The notes under the pieces: model-generated
What the model saw: only the letters and a program-made list of their open reading frames with translations
The model's database searches: none
What the model was told of the DNA's origin: nothing
DNA from: an uncultured Planctomycetota bacterium
Lineage (GTDB): Bacteria; Planctomycetota; Planctomycetia; Isosphaerales; Isosphaeraceae
Assembly (NCBI GenBank): GCA_963823665.1
Contig: CAWGMQ010000004.1
Span: 2,304,001 to 2,368,000 of the forward strand
Direction of reading: 5' to 3'
DNA length: 64,000 bases
Position numbers and translations under genes: made by a program
Shown: piece by piece, positions 33,228 through 44,902 of the stretch
Position numbering within the stretch: position 1 is the first letter of the stretch
How the letters are laid out: each line of letters starts with the position of its first letter

Positions 33228-36200
33228 ATGGACACCGAGCGCGATTTGCTTTTCGGCGTCATTGCCTTTCAGAATGGAGCGGTAGATGCCGACTGCCTTG
33301 CTGAAACTTGTACAGCATGGGCGACGAAGCCGTCTGCATCTCTGGCGGACCATTTTGTTGATCGTGGCTTGATCACCGTCGAGCAGAGGTCAGAGGTTGA
33401 AAGAACTGTTGCACAAGAGCTTGAGGCTCACGACGGTGATCCGCATGCAACACTTGCGGCAACCTTGGATCAGCGATCGTTGACAGCAATGGGCGAGCTG
33501 GCTAGCTCGAAAATCGCGGTTGATCTCAAGCTCAATCCGCCCGCACATCAAGCTGAAAGTGGACACGTCAGGCTCGGTGCTATCCCGGTGCAGGAGGCCG
33601 ATAGCCGGGATCGCTATACCTTGACCCACCTTCATGCCAAAGGGGGAATGGGACGTGTCTGGCTAGCCCGCGACACAGCTCTTGGTCGTCAAATTGCGCC
33701 TGAAAGAGCTGCGCCCCGATCAGACGGATAACTCGATTGTCTTCTCGCGATTTCTGTATGAGGCCAAGATCACGGCTCAACTCGAGCACCCCGGGATTGT
33801 ACCCGTCTACGAGCTCGGAGAGGGAGACACGCCGTACTACACGATGCGATTCGTGAAAGGCCGTACGCTAAGCGAGGGGATTCGGGCCTTTCATAAGAAA
33901 CGGGCCGTCGGCGAAGCCGACTCTGTTGAACGGATTGCGCTTTTGACTGCTTTTATTGGAGTGTGCCAGGCTGTTGCCTATGCACATTCGCGAGGCATAA
34001 TCCACCGCGATCTCAAGGGGCAAAATGTCGTCCTGGGAGATTTCGGCGAGGTCATGGTGCTCGACTGGGGTCTCGCCAAACGAGTCTCGCCGGACCAAGA
34101 TGGTACAAGCTCCACTCACGAATTGGAGCCATCTTCGTCTGATGCTTCACCTCCCGATGACAACCTGGCTACAGTCGCAAGTCACCCAGCGATCGATGAT
34201 CAAGACCCCGACTTGACTCTCCCCTCGATACCGGAAGCCAGCGCCGGCAGTGCGGAAAGGCCTCATTCGAGTACGGGTTTGAATGGCAGCGCCGAGCGTC
34301 ATTCGGCCGCAAATGCTAATGGCAGCGATCAAAAGCTTCTCCATTCGCGCCCAAGTAACGGCCAACGACGCAACCCGGAGTCGGGGGCTGGCCCCGAGGG
34401 CACAATGCAGGGCCAGCTTTTGGGGACCCCAGCTTACATGGCCCCCGAGCAAGCCCAGGGTCGCCACGATCTCGTCAATGAGCGGACCGATGTGTACGGT
34501 CTGGGTGCTATTCTTTATGAGATTCTGACCGGGCGGCCTCCCTTCATTGCGCCCAAAACCGCGGAGATCGTTCGCAAAGTCTGCAACGAGGCTCCCACCC
34601 CGCCGCGCCAGATCGTTGCCGACATCTCGCCGGCGCTAGAAGCTGTCTGCTTGAAAGCTCTGCAAAAAGCCTCGCATGAGCGCTACACCACGGCCGCTGA
34701 GCTTGCACAAGAAGTGCAGCGTAATCTAGCCGATGAGCCCGTCACGGCTTTCGAGGAACCTTGGACACATCGAGTCCTTCGTTGGGCGCGGAAACACAAG
34801 ACTTTGGTATCTTCGGCTGCGGCTCTGCTGATCACAGCCGTGATTGGTTTTGCTGTCAGCACGATTCTCGTTGCCGGTGAGCGTAACGAGGCGGAAGCCC
34901 AGGGCAAACAGGCCCGCACCGCCGTTCAAATGCTTACCAAGGTCAAGGACATCGGCTTCGACGAGCAACTCGACCCGCTTCAAAAAGAATTCCTCACCGC
35001 AGCGATCGAGTATTACGAACAATTCACCAGCCGCGTATCGCAAGACCCAGCCGTACGGCTTGAGCATGGCCGGATCTATCAGCAGATGGGCGACATCCAG
35101 CGCAAGCTGGGCAAGCTTCCCGAGTCAGAGCAGGCATACCGGAAGTCTATCGAGATTCTTGAACCGCTAGCTAGGCATTCCCGGGGAGGGCAAGAGCCTT
35201 CTCGAGCGCTGGCTCGAACTCGCACGCTGCTCGCCGACCTGCTGGTCCGTCGAGGTGACAAGGGTGACGCTGAGCCGCTATACAAACAGGCGGCGGAAAC
35301 GCAGGCCGCCATCGTTGCCGCGAAGGATGCCACTTCTGAGGATCACTTACGGCTTGGCCAGACCCTCAGAAGCCAGGGCGACTTGCTCCGTTTGAATGGT
35401 CAGCCAGCTCAGGCAAAACCCGTCTACGGTCGAGCCTTGGCGGTTCTCAACCAGGCATTGGCCACCGACCCGAAACACCCCGAGGTTCGCAATGAGCTGG
35501 CACTTGCGAGCGACGCGCGGGGCTGGATCAACCGTGAGCTTGGTGAAATCAAGGCCGCCGGTCAGGATTACCGCCACTCGTTGGATCTGCTCGAAAAGCT
35601 CGTCACCGACTTCCCCACCGCACCACGGTACCGTGAGTCGATGGCCAAGGCGTGCAATAGTCTGGGCCTCCTCGAGGAGACGACCGGAAGTCTGGTCGAG
35701 GCGGAGAATTACTACCGTCGCGAACTACCCTTGGTCGATCGGCTGGCACAGGACTTCCCAGACCATCCTGAACACAGCCGCGAGTTGGCGCGCACGCTTT
35801 GGAACCTGGGTAACGTTCTCGCCCGAAACCGTGATGCTGGCGCCGACGCAGTGCTCGAAAGGGCAGTTGCGATGAATCGCGCCTTGAACAAGAAACATCC
35901 CGAAGACGTTCAGATCCGATTCGACCTCTGCAGGGCTTTTCAATGCCTCGGTGATCTCCAATTCGAGCAAGGCAAGCTCGATGTGGCTGTCGCATCAATT
36001 GGTGAATCGCGATCACTCAGTGACGCCTTGGTCAAGGAATTTCCCGGGCATCCTCGATACGCCGATATCCTCGCACAGAATCTCGCCGAGTTGGGCCTCC
36101 TTCTGCATGCCCTCAATAAACCTCAATCGGAGCAGTCGTTCCAGGAATCCGCCGCGATTTACGAGAAGCTCGTGATAACCTACCCGGACAACTTCGAGTA

Positions 36201-37140
36201 CAAGATCGGCCAGGCTCGTTGTCTACGCGATCAAGGGACTATCGTAGCCGCTCTCGACCGCGCCGGGGAAGCCGAGGGCATCTATCGCAAGGCTCTCGCA
36301 CTGTTTAATGCCAATGACTCTCGAGCTCAGTCCGCCGAGTCACTTCGAATTCAAGCGGGGGTATTGAACAACCTCGGCGATCTCCATCGTCCCGGCGCGG
36401 AGAAGGCTTTCCGCGACTCAATTGCCCTTTCCTCTCGTCTGCTCGAGCGCTCGGCCCCGGCCAACAAGGACCTTCATAACCGATCAATCGCCCAGAATAA
36501 TCTGGCTGAGGTCTTGATCGGCGAGAAAAAACTGACGGAAGCTGAATCAGTTTACGCGCAGGCAGTGGCTGGCTTTGAAAAACTCGTCACGAATGCTCCC
36601 AAGGCAATCGACTTCCAGAGCCACTTCGGGATCGTCCTCGCCGCGCAAGGAAAATGCTTGGCCCTGATGGGCAAGCTCTCTGAAGGAAAATCGTCTCTGG
36701 AGAGCGCAATCGAGCACCAGCGGCTGGCAGTGAAGCTCGCCAAGAATAGCTCCGATCCTTATCGTCAATTGCTCGGCGCTCATCAGATCGACCAAGCCGA
36801 TTTGAGCATCAAGCTTAGCGCCTACGAGCAAGCTGCTCGCGTTGCCCTAGAGATTCCTAAATCCGTCCCGGCGTCCAATCGAGTCGAAGGCTGCTTTGAT
36901 GCCGCTCGAATCCTCGCCCGGACGGTTACCAAGTTGAGCAACGATGAAAAGATCGCCCAAGCTGAACGTGTTCGCCTCACGCAGAGTTACCTTGGCCGCA
37001 CGGCCATTCTGCTGCGTGAAGTGATTGATAGCGATCCCAAGCTTGCCGAGCAAATCAAAACCGACGCCGACATCAAGATCCTTCAGTCGCGTCCTGAGTT
37101 CCGTACGATCATGAACACGCTGGTGAATGTGCAGCCTTGA
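33228..37140 (+). CDS. Hanks-type Ser/Thr protein kinase with TM segment and C-terminal TPR repeats; frameshift at ~33700
   Basis: KGGMGRVW, IA/LKE split by an extra C, IHRDLKGQN, VLDWGLAK, GTPAYMAPEQ, DVYGLG. N-terminal MDTERDLLFGVIAFQ. Repaired length ~1303 aa. Confidence 0.92.
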
Positions 37141-37188
37141 CTTGCACGCGGCCTGACTTGCGCATGCGGCCACATCCACGAACGAAAC

Positions 37189-37217
37189 AACCAGCCCGTG
37201 TGCCACACCGGCTGGTT
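37189..37217 (-). terminator. Putative intrinsic terminator between convergent genes
   Basis: Inverted repeat AACCAGCC...GGCTGGTT followed on the minus strand by GTTTCGTT (weak U tract). Confidence 0.45.
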
Positions 37218-37953
37218 ATGCAGAGACGCAATGCCCCGGCACGACGGACAACGCGAAGTTAGCACGCAACCGCTTCGGCGTACAGCGCAACCGCTGCCGA
37301 AGCCAGATGAGCGGCAATACCCCCGCCCCCGCAGCCAGTAGAATCAAGGACGATGGTTCGGGCACGCTGAAGATCTGAAACGAACCGCCTCCTTGCTGCG
37401 TTTGCCCATCGATCGTGTATGTGTAATCGAGTACAGTGCCACTCGGGTAAGGCACAACTCCAGTCGGGAAGTCATAAGTCGAGGTAATTTCAAATTGGCC
37501 AAGGTATACCCGACCTCCTGGCGGTGTCGACACCGTGTAAGGAGTACTCCCGACGTATTCAAATTGTACGTCGGCAGCGTATGGAGCACTCGACGGCGGC
37601 GTTACGTCAGTCAGGCTGAAAAGCGACCATTGCAGCGGAATCACGATGGATGGCACAGTGGTGCTGCGAAGTCCGGGTAGAACATCGATGGTGAAGGAAT
37701 CACCGTTCTGGAAAGTATTTGTTCCCGTAGAGGAAGGAGCGTTCAAATACACGTCGAATATGTAATCGTACGGAGGATCACCACCTCCAGGCTTGTACCC
37801 GCCTGTGATTGTAATTGATGACGACCCAGCCTGGACGTCCCGAAGTCCGATGAACATCGTTGTCAGGGAACACAACCCAGCCAGAATCCACGTCCTCTTC
37901 ATGCATCGCATCATTCTAAGTCCGCCTCCTCGCGAGTACTTCTTGAATAGCAT
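37216..37953 (-). CDS. PEP-CTERM sorting-signal surface protein
   Basis: Signal peptide (ending DVQA), Thr/Ser/Tyr/Gly-rich body, VPEPSSLILLAAGAG + TM + Arg-rich tail. True start is probably one of the later Met codons. Confidence 0.88.
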   Translation of the reverse strand: MLFKKYSRGGGLRMMRCMKRTWILAGLCSLTTMFIGLRDVQAGSSSITITGGYKPGGGDPPYDYIFDVYLNAPSSTGTNTFQNGDSFTIDVLPGLRSTTVPSIVIPLQWSLFSLTDVTPPSSAPYAADVQFEYVGSTPYTVSTPPGGRVYLGQFEITSTYDFPTGVVPYPSGTVLDYTYTIDGQTQQGGGSFQIFSVPEPSSLILLAAGAGVLPLIWLRQRLRCTPKRLRANFALSVVPGHCVSA

Positions 37954-38362
37954 TCTCGATCAGGGAAAAGAGGCTTGGTTCCACCTAGCACTCACTCCGG
38001 AAAGTCCTTGTCGTGTGATCGGCGCTCGCACAAACAAGATCGAACTCGCGCATCCACAGGTCGTTGTACCACTGGTTCAAGCTAAATCCCACCCATCATA
38101 ACTAGCGTGCGTGTCGTATGGCAATGATCGGTTTGGAGAATACCAAACGCGTTCTAAAAAAGGAACGTTCGCAGACCGAGATACGAATGTGAATCATCTA
38201 TCTTGCCGCCAGAATTCGTCGCAGTGATCCTGGCGCGAATGACTACGAGCGAGTGGAAATTCGGTACACATGGCACTGATTGACGTGGAGCTCATTCGCT
38301 ATTCCGACTAGAATCTTCGACCCGCCCTCTAATCACAATCTGATCCGTTATCAGGAGGTGTC

Positions 38363-38740
38363 ATGGATCTCAAAAGAGCATGGACGCTGTGCGCAGCGAG
38401 TCGCTCATTGCGGTTCCTGATTCCAATTTCCATTTTGCTACTGGCATCCGTTGGGTGGAACGTACGGTACTATCAACTCGACCGGGAGCGACGCGCTCAG
38501 GCGAAGGAGGTAGAACGCGTCACAAAGGCTGCTGCTGCGTTGGCCAGGGAGCAAGCAGACCTCGCTCAGTCCCAAAGGCGAAAGAGGGATGCGAAATCAG
38601 ACGCGCGCCTCCAGGAGCTCTATGATGAAATCAATCAGTTGACCCGCCTGAGCGAACGCGTTTTGCTACCCGATCAGGTACCTCGAACTACTCCTCCTAC
38701 AGAAGGTAACAGCCAGGATCATGCCGTACGCATTCGCTGA
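38363..38740 (+). CDS. Small membrane-anchored coiled-coil protein
   Basis: AGGAGG RBS, one TM helix, charged helical tail. Confidence 0.7.
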   Translation: MDLKRAWTLCAASRSLRFLIPISILLLASVGWNVRYYQLDRERRAQAKEVERVTKAAAALAREQADLAQSQRRKRDAKSDARLQELYDEINQLTRLSERVLLPDQVPRTTPPTEGNSQDHAVRIR

Positions 38741-38782
38741 TGCTGTGACCTAGCTCGTGGTGCATCTCTCGGAAGCTGTGTG

Positions 38783-40153
38783 CTATCCCAGCGTCCATCC
38801 TTTCCGGTAATCACGTCGGATCAATGGCTTAGCCTCTGGAGCATTCAACGCGCACATTTCGGTTGTGTTCCAGTCAAGTTTTTTTCCGACCCGGTACGCC
38901 ACGTTGCCCAGATGGTTGGCCTCAGTCAGCCAACCGGCATACTCGAAGTTACACGTTGTCGGTGAGCCCGTCTTGCAGGCATGGATCCACTCGGCGTAAT
39001 GACCAAGTGATCTCGGAATAAACGGCTCAGGTGCGGTGAAATCACGATAGGCTTTCTCAGGTAAGAGAATGTTTTTCTCATAGCTGGCTAGCAGCATTCC
39101 CTTGGCGCCGACGAATAGTACACCGCTGTCCCATTTAGGGATTGCACCGGTTTTCCATACCGCTGGTTTCTCTTCTCCCTGGTACCAGTGGAGCTTCAGA
39201 GGCGGCATCGTCCCACGCGAGCCAAATTCATAGGTCACGCGCATCGAAGCTGGAGCAATTTCCCGATGCGGTGGTGGGCCCGCTGCCTCGACCGTCAGTG
39301 GAGCCTTCAGATCGAGCGCCCAGAACGGTAGGTCGTTCCAGTGACTGCCCAGATCACTCATCGTGCCATTGCCAAAATCCCACCACCGATACCATTTGGG
39401 TCCGGGAAAATAGACTTCGTGAAACGGCCGCTTGGGTGCCGGCCCGAGCCACAAGTCCCAATCCAACCCTTTGGGAAGAGGTGATATGCCCGCCGGCCGT
39501 TCAGTCGTGTCAACAATGTCATGATGGTGCTTCGCAGCCTCTTGTAACTGACGGCCCCATGCTCTCCCAACCCAGACGTGAACCTCGTGAACCTGTCCAA
39601 CCGCTCCGGTCTGAATCAACTCGACAACTCGGCGATAGTTATCGCCGGCATGAATCTGGGTTCCCATCTGGGTTGCAACCTTCGCTTTCTTCGCAGCCTG
39701 GCGAATAACACGAGCCTCCCAGACATTGTACGAAAGCGGTTTTTCACAATAGACATGCTTGCCTAGCTGCAGTGCGGGTAATGTGGCGAAGGCGTGCGTG
39801 TGCTCGGTCGTACTCACAACTACGGCGTCGAATGCATGTGCGTTGTCGTATAACCTGCGGAAATCGTTGTAACGGCGAGCCTCAGGATAATTCGCGCTGG
39901 CGCGGATGAGAAATGGCTCAAAGACGTCGCACAGCGCGGCGATGTTCTCGGAGGTAACGCCGCGTAGATTATCGCTTCCTCGTCCACCGACTCCGATCAT
40001 TGCAATATTCAAGCGGTCGTTAAGATTCCGACCGCGCACAACTGCCGGAACAGCAACAGCCGTAACGCCACCCACCAAAGCAAGGCCAAATTGTCGACGC
40101 GTTGGCTGAGACGAGCATCTCTTGGAGGAACCGGAAATTGATTCGCCACTCAT
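38783..40153 (-). CDS. Tat-exported Gfo/Idh/MocA oxidoreductase
   Basis: TRRQF Tat motif, [31 protein letters not shown]. Confidence 0.92.
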   Translation of the reverse strand: MSGESISGSSKRCSSQPTRRQFGLALVGGVTAVAVPAVVRGRNLNDRLNIAMIGVGGRGSDNLRGVTSENIAALCDVFEPFLIRASANYPEARRYNDFRRLYDNAHAFDAVVVSTTEHTHAFATLPALQLGKHVYCEKPLSYNVWEARVIRQAAKKAKVATQMGTQIHAGDNYRRVVELIQTGAVGQVHEVHVWVGRAWGRQLQEAAKHHHDIVDTTERPAGISPLPKGLDWDLWLGPAPKRPFHEVYFPGPKWYRWWDFGNGTMSDLGSHWNDLPFWALDLKAPLTVEAAGPPPHREIAPASMRVTYEFGSRGTMPPLKLHWYQGEEKPAVWKTGAIPKWDSGVLFVGAKGMLLASYEKNILLPEKAYRDFTAPEPFIPRSLGHYAEWIHACKTGSPTTCNFEYAGWLTEANHLGNVAYRVGKKLDWNTTEMCALNAPEAKPLIRRDYRKGWTLG

Positions 40154-40376
40154 GAAAACTACTCCTGAGCTGAGAACAACGTTCGTTCGGACTCTGGGGT
40201 GGCCTCCTGATCTTGCACCATCTTCCTAGAATGAATCGAACGTTTCCAGTGCTGGTTGGAGCCAGGCGTTTGCGCTTGTTCATTGTGTTGGGGAACTTTA
40301 GGATGAAGACGGATCAAGGTTTGCAAACAGACGATGGATCGCAGTCTCAGACTGGTCGCTGATGGGAGGCATCGCG

Positions 40377-41552
40377 ATGCAAAGCCAGCGGAGGATACTT
40401 GCCAGGAAGGCGTGGGTTGCAGTCGTTATCACAATCATGCTGGTCGGAGCTGCACTTGGCCAGGCGCAGCGCCAACCCGCACGTGGTCCACTGCGCAACC
40501 AAGGAGGCGTGCCTTTGAAGAAGGCACGACCTGAGGCTGGCGACCCGCTTGCCAAGGCAGTGCACGCGCTCCAGAAGCCTGCTACGGGATTATCTCATTA
40601 CACTTTTCGTCTTCGATCGTTTGATGGTACACCACTGGCCGCATCTTATTATCCCTCTCGGCTTGGTAACTCCGCCCCCACGGTCATGCTCATTCATGAG
40701 ACAGGACGGTCACGCAAGGACTTCGAAGACCCTGTCGAGGAATTGAAGGGTCAAGGTCTTGCCGCGCACCTCCAGGGGCTGGGTTACGCTGTTTTTAGCA
40801 TGGATCTCCGCTGGCAAGGACAGAATCCGCGTAGAGCTTTGACCGCCGATGAGCGGCCGAAGCTGCTCGAGGATCTACAGGCTGGATATTTCTTCTTGGT
40901 CGACCGCCACAACCGCGGTGACTTGAACCTGGAAAAGCTTGGTGTGGTCGCCTTGGGCGATGGGGCAAATCTCGTAACCAGTTGGGCGATACAGCCCAGT
41001 GCGGCAATCACGATTGAGGGCAAGCCCAGCGACGTGAGCGCTCTGGCACTGATCTCGCCTAATCCCGAAGGATTCGGCTACATCCTCAGACATGGACTGA
41101 CAACGCTCGCCCCTCGCGTGCCCATCCTCCTGATTGCCGGTGAGCGTGATAACGCATCCAAAGACGCCGTACAGTCAGTCCGGCAAGTTCTCCAGCGCGT
41201 CCGGCTCAGCAAAACCGAGCTCTTTCCGTCCGCGCTACACGGTTACAAACTCCTGCGACTCGAGCCCAAGATCACGTCAACCCTGGTTCACTTTCTGGAG
41301 ACAACTCTCAAGAATCGTCCTGTGGAGTGGGAGCCAAAATACAATTTGACGCCGATCACATTCGGTGATTCTCAACTCGTCAAGAACGACAAGCAGACTG
41401 AAAACACAAAGAACAACATCGCCAAGGACGTTCCCAAGAACCCTGAAAAAAAGGCCGAAATACCCGGGAAAACCAAAGCCGAGCCCAAGCAGCAAGAAAA
41501 AAACCTTCCGCCCTCACCAGCACAACCCGAGCCGACGGACAAAGCAGACTGA
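40377..41552 (+). CDS. Exported alpha/beta-hydrolase-fold protein lacking the canonical nucleophile serine
   Basis: Signal peptide, DGTPLAASYY, MLIHETG, GYAVFSMDLRWQG, elbow VVALGDGAN, AGERD, ALHG; Lys/Glu/Pro-rich tail. Confidence 0.8.
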   Translation: MQSQRRILARKAWVAVVITIMLVGAALGQAQRQPARGPLRNQGGVPLKKARPEAGDPLAKAVHALQKPATGLSHYTFRLRSFDGTPLAASYYPSRLGNSAPTVMLIHETGRSRKDFEDPVEELKGQGLAAHLQGLGYAVFSMDLRWQGQNPRRALTADERPKLLEDLQAGYFFLVDRHNRGDLNLEKLGVVALGDGANLVTSWAIQPSAAITIEGKPSDVSALALISPNPEGFGYILRHGLTTLAPRVPILLIAGERDNASKDAVQSVRQVLQRVRLSKTELFPSALHGYKLLRLEPKITSTLVHFLETTLKNRPVEWEPKYNLTPITFGDSQLVKNDKQTENTKNNIAKDVPKNPEKKAEIPGKTKAEPKQQEKNLPPSPAQPEPTDKAD

Positions 41553-41737
41553 GAAAGATCCACAACGTCTGAGCAAAAAGAGCCTCTTTTCTGCAAAACA
41601 CTCTTCCCAAACCGCAATCGAACCGTAGAATCGAAATTAGGGATGTGACAACTGTCATGGACTGGGTTTGATCCTGTCCCACCTCAGTTCGCATCCTTGA
41701 TATCAGGGATCCTTGGCATCGACAAAGGGAGCTGGTC

Positions 41738-42457
41738 GTGATGACCTATCTTTCGGAGGATCCGACATATCTCGCTGGTGGTCTCTTGCTGCTTGGGGCA
41801 GCGTTTGTGATCGCGCTGAAAGCCACCCAGCAGGGAAAGTACCTTATTGGTGCCGCAACCACACTGGCCCTGGCTGTCTTGGTTGTGATAGTCGAATGGG
41901 TGTGGGTTACCGAAAACGAGCGGATCGAGAAAGTCGTATACGAGGTACGAGCAGCGGTGTTGAAGTCGGACGCAGATGGAGTTCTCGCGCATCTTGCACC
42001 CAACGTCATGTACCAGCAAGGTGATACAGCGCTCATGTCTGATGCCACCCGTGAGTTGATCCGTAAGAATGTGAGCGACGTGCGCCTGGAGTTTGCCCGG
42101 ATTACCGAACTGCGCACCAGTGTTGGTCAGCAAACGCGGCGAGGCATTGCTGAGTTCCGTGTCTTCACACGCGGGGGGTTGAAGTCTTGGTCCCAAGTCA
42201 GCGATGGGATGACGACGATGACAGCTTGGTCCCTCGGGTTCCAGGAAACGGAACCGGGTGTTTGGAAAATCTATCGAATCAGCCCGGTCTCGATACCGAC
42301 TGGTGTCCTGGCGTTGCCAGGTGGAGTAATGCCGTCTGACGGATCACACATCGGTCTCAATGACGCCATCGGCGTACCCCGGGCTGGAGTCCAGTCGTTC
42401 CCCCAGAGCCGCAATCGTTCCCGACGCACTCCAAGCGTTCATACCCGGACAAACTGA
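41738..42457 (+). CDS. Hypothetical membrane protein (two TM plus NTF2/SnoaL-like domain)
   Basis: Two hydrophobic helices followed by DADGVLAHLA...WKIYRI pattern. Confidence 0.65.
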   Translation: MMTYLSEDPTYLAGGLLLLGAAFVIALKATQQGKYLIGAATTLALAVLVVIVEWVWVTENERIEKVVYEVRAAVLKSDADGVLAHLAPNVMYQQGDTALMSDATRELIRKNVSDVRLEFARITELRTSVGQQTRRGIAEFRVFTRGGLKSWSQVSDGMTTMTAWSLGFQETEPGVWKIYRISPVSIPTGVLALPGGVMPSDGSHIGLNDAIGVPRAGVQSFPQSRNRSRRTPSVHTRTN

Positions 42458-42486
42458 CGCAGCGTGCCGGAAATTGCAACGTCAAC

Positions 42487-43005
42487 TTACTTGCGGTCTG
42501 GGTACTCGATGACGATGAGTTTATGCTCCTTCTCGTCATAGGCGTACTCCTGATACGCTGGAAGTTTGGGCAGCGAGATGTTATTGGCCTTGATGATCTC
42601 GGCCATGAATTCGTCATAGTCCTTGGGATATCGGTCGTTCGCGCCGTGGAACAGATTTAGTGCATGCTCAATCTGAAGTTGCGAAGCACGTCCGATGATC
42701 GCTACGTAGGCATTACCCTGCAGGGTAATGGGGTCCTTCGCAACAATTTTGGTTGAGGCAACCCTGGCATCTCCTTGCTTCAGTGCTGCCTCCGCTTCGA
42801 CGACCTTCTGCGTGCGTTGACCGATAATCGGTCCGGAATCCTCTCGCGGCTTGGAGGAAACGCTGCGTTTGCCAGCCGTAACTCTGGGCTCTTCCTCGCA
42901 TCCGCTTGATGCAATCGCAAACCCAGCCAAAAGCAGCCAGTACAAGCCGCTAATGTGCCCCATTGGCTTCCGGTCACGAGCGGTGCTGTTGGTATCTGGA
43001 CACAT
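42487..43005 (-). CDS. Putative lipoprotein
   Basis: Hydrophobic stretch ending in lipobox-like ASSG-C; C-terminal LPKLPAYQEYAYD. Confidence 0.7.
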   Translation of the reverse strand: MCPDTNSTARDRKPMGHISGLYWLLLAGFAIASSGCEEEPRVTAGKRSVSSKPREDSGPIIGQRTQKVVEAEAALKQGDARVASTKIVAKDPITLQGNAYVAIIGRASQLQIEHALNLFHGANDRYPKDYDEFMAEIIKANNISLPKLPAYQEYAYDEKEHKLIVIEYPDRK

Positions 43006-43028
43006 GGCTCGTTCCTCTAATAACTTGG

Positions 43029-43790
43029 CTAATCACCCCAATTCCACTTGCTGATTTCCTCAATTGCGTCGTATCGGGTTAAATCGAAATGGAGTGGGGT
43101 AACAGTGATGTAGCCCTCGCACAGGCTTGTCACGTCAGTCTCAGGCCCCTCAAGGTGGTAAGGAGGGTTGTAAGTCATCCAGTAGTATGTACGCCCTCGT
43201 GGGTCTTGGCGTTGCTCAAATCCCTCGCCATAACGTCCCAACCCCATTGGTACGACGCGAATGCCCCGCGGTTCTCCACGTGAATGCGCAGGCAAGTTAA
43301 CGTTGAACAGCGACCCATTCGGAGGCCGATTCGCCAGGATTTTTTCGATGACCCGTACTGCATTCTTGGCAGCGTGAGGAAAATCAAAATGCTCGGAGAG
43401 CTCGAGTGAAACGGCAATGCTCGTGATCTTGAAAAAAGCACCCTCAATCGCTGCTGCAACCGTCCCCGAATACAAAACGTTAATTCCAGCATTTGAACCT
43501 GAGTTAATACCGGAGACAATAAGGTCCGGGGGCCGCGATAGAAGCTCGCAGATGCCAAGCTTCACGCTGTCAGCAGGGCTGCCTTCAACCTTCCATCCGA
43601 GCGTGGTGCCGTCGACATCCTCGACGCGCTTTACCACGAGCGGACTCAGGAGTGTGATTGAATGCGCGACACCGCTCTGCTCCATCGCCGGCGCCACCAC
43701 GGTTACTTCTCCTAGACGCAGCAACTCCTTGCGCAATGCTCGAAGTCCTGGTGCGAATACGCCGTCGTCGTTGGTCAACAGAATTTGCAT
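43029..43790 (-). CDS. surE: 5'/3'-nucleotidase SurE
   Basis: ILLTNDDG, VVAPAMEQSG, GSPAD, SGINSGSN...YSGTVAAA. Confidence 0.97.
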   Translation of the reverse strand: MQILLTNDDGVFAPGLRALRKELLRLGEVTVVAPAMEQSGVAHSITLLSPLVVKRVEDVDGTTLGWKVEGSPADSVKLGICELLSRPPDLIVSGINSGSNAGINVLYSGTVAAAIEGAFFKITSIAVSLELSEHFDFPHAAKNAVRVIEKILANRPPNGSLFNVNLPAHSRGEPRGIRVVPMGLGRYGEGFEQRQDPRGRTYYWMTYNPPYHLEGPETDVTSLCEGYITVTPLHFDLTRYDAIEEISKWNWGD

Positions 43791-44067
43791 CGTTCAATCA
43801 GTGATGTGATTCACGAATTCCGAGGCGTCATTTTGAACCCATTGGCTCAGCCGATCGTAACGGGATGTGCCAATGCACGTCAACCAAAACGTTTATCGCG
43901 TGCGTCCTCACTTCGCAAAGCAGCAAACGTTTATTAAATGCCAGCAACAGATCGATCGTGCTGAAGGCACTCGATTGCGCTTCGGGTCGACCTTTTCCCA
44001 AGAAAATGGCATGATGAGCTGCATAAGGAAGTGGTCGTGAAGGAGAGTTTCCGGCGGAGAAGAGGTA

Positions 44068-44892
44068 ATGGATCGGCGAAGATTCCTGAAGCAGGCGGGC
44101 ATTGGTGCCCTGGGGTCGGGTGCTGCCAGTGCGGTTATCTATCCCTTTCTAGAAGCTAAATGGTGCCGGGTCGTTCCCCAAACGATTGTATTGCCTAACC
44201 TCCCCGAGGCCTTCCGCGGAACGCGCATCGCGCTCATGGCCGATATCCATCATGGTCCATTCGTGCCGTTAGCGTATATCCGGCACGTCGTATCGCTGGC
44301 TAATGCCCTCAATCCAGACATTACCCTCCTGGCAGGCGACTACGTGCATGGGCATCATTCTTACATAGCACCGGGAATTAATGAGCTCGGCAAGCTCAAA
44401 GCAACCCTTGGCCGATTTGCCGTAAGAGGCAACCACGACAACCGTTCCTACGCTCTCAATTCAGCGTCAGCTCTGGCGGATGCCGGTCTACCTGATCTGA
44501 ACAATACGGGTGTCTGGCTTGAACGAGGAGGATCCAGATTGCGAATCTGCGGGGTTGGCGATCTCTGGACAGATCACCAGATCCTCAGCTCGGCACTGGG
44601 TAACTCGACCGAGCATGACGCTGTCATCTTGCTTTCCCACAACCCCGATTTCGCCGAGATTATTCGTGATCGTCGAGTCGGGCTGGTCTTAAGCGGCCAC
44701 ACTCATGGCGGCCAAGTTGTCGTCCCCGGCTTAGGCGCTCCGATTGTTCCATCCCGCTATGGTCAGAAATACCTTTATGGGCTCGTTCGGGCGCCGGTAT
44801 GTCAGGTATTTGTCACGCGCGGTGTGGGCACCGTTACGCCGCCTGCTCGCTTCCTTTGCCGGCCCGAGGTTGTCTTGATCACTTTGATCTAG
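44068..44892 (+). CDS. Tat-exported calcineurin-like metallophosphoesterase (YkuE/YaeI-like)
   Basis: DRRRFLK, ADIH, GDYV, GNHD, LSHNPD, SGHTHGGQ. Confidence 0.92.
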   Translation: MDRRRFLKQAGIGALGSGAASAVIYPFLEAKWCRVVPQTIVLPNLPEAFRGTRIALMADIHHGPFVPLAYIRHVVSLANALNPDITLLAGDYVHGHHSYIAPGINELGKLKATLGRFAVRGNHDNRSYALNSASALADAGLPDLNNTGVWLERGGSRLRICGVGDLWTDHQILSSALGNSTEHDAVILLSHNPDFAEIIRDRRVGLVLSGHTHGGQVVVPGLGAPIVPSRYGQKYLYGLVRAPVCQVFVTRGVGTVTPPARFLCRPEVVLITLI

Positions 44893-44902
44893 AATGGACA
44901 TC

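Noticed and set aside
37138..37171. Imperfect tandem repeat TGACTTGC...GCGGCC after the kinase stop
   Set aside because: Only two short degenerate copies; not a CRISPR array or a mobile-element end.
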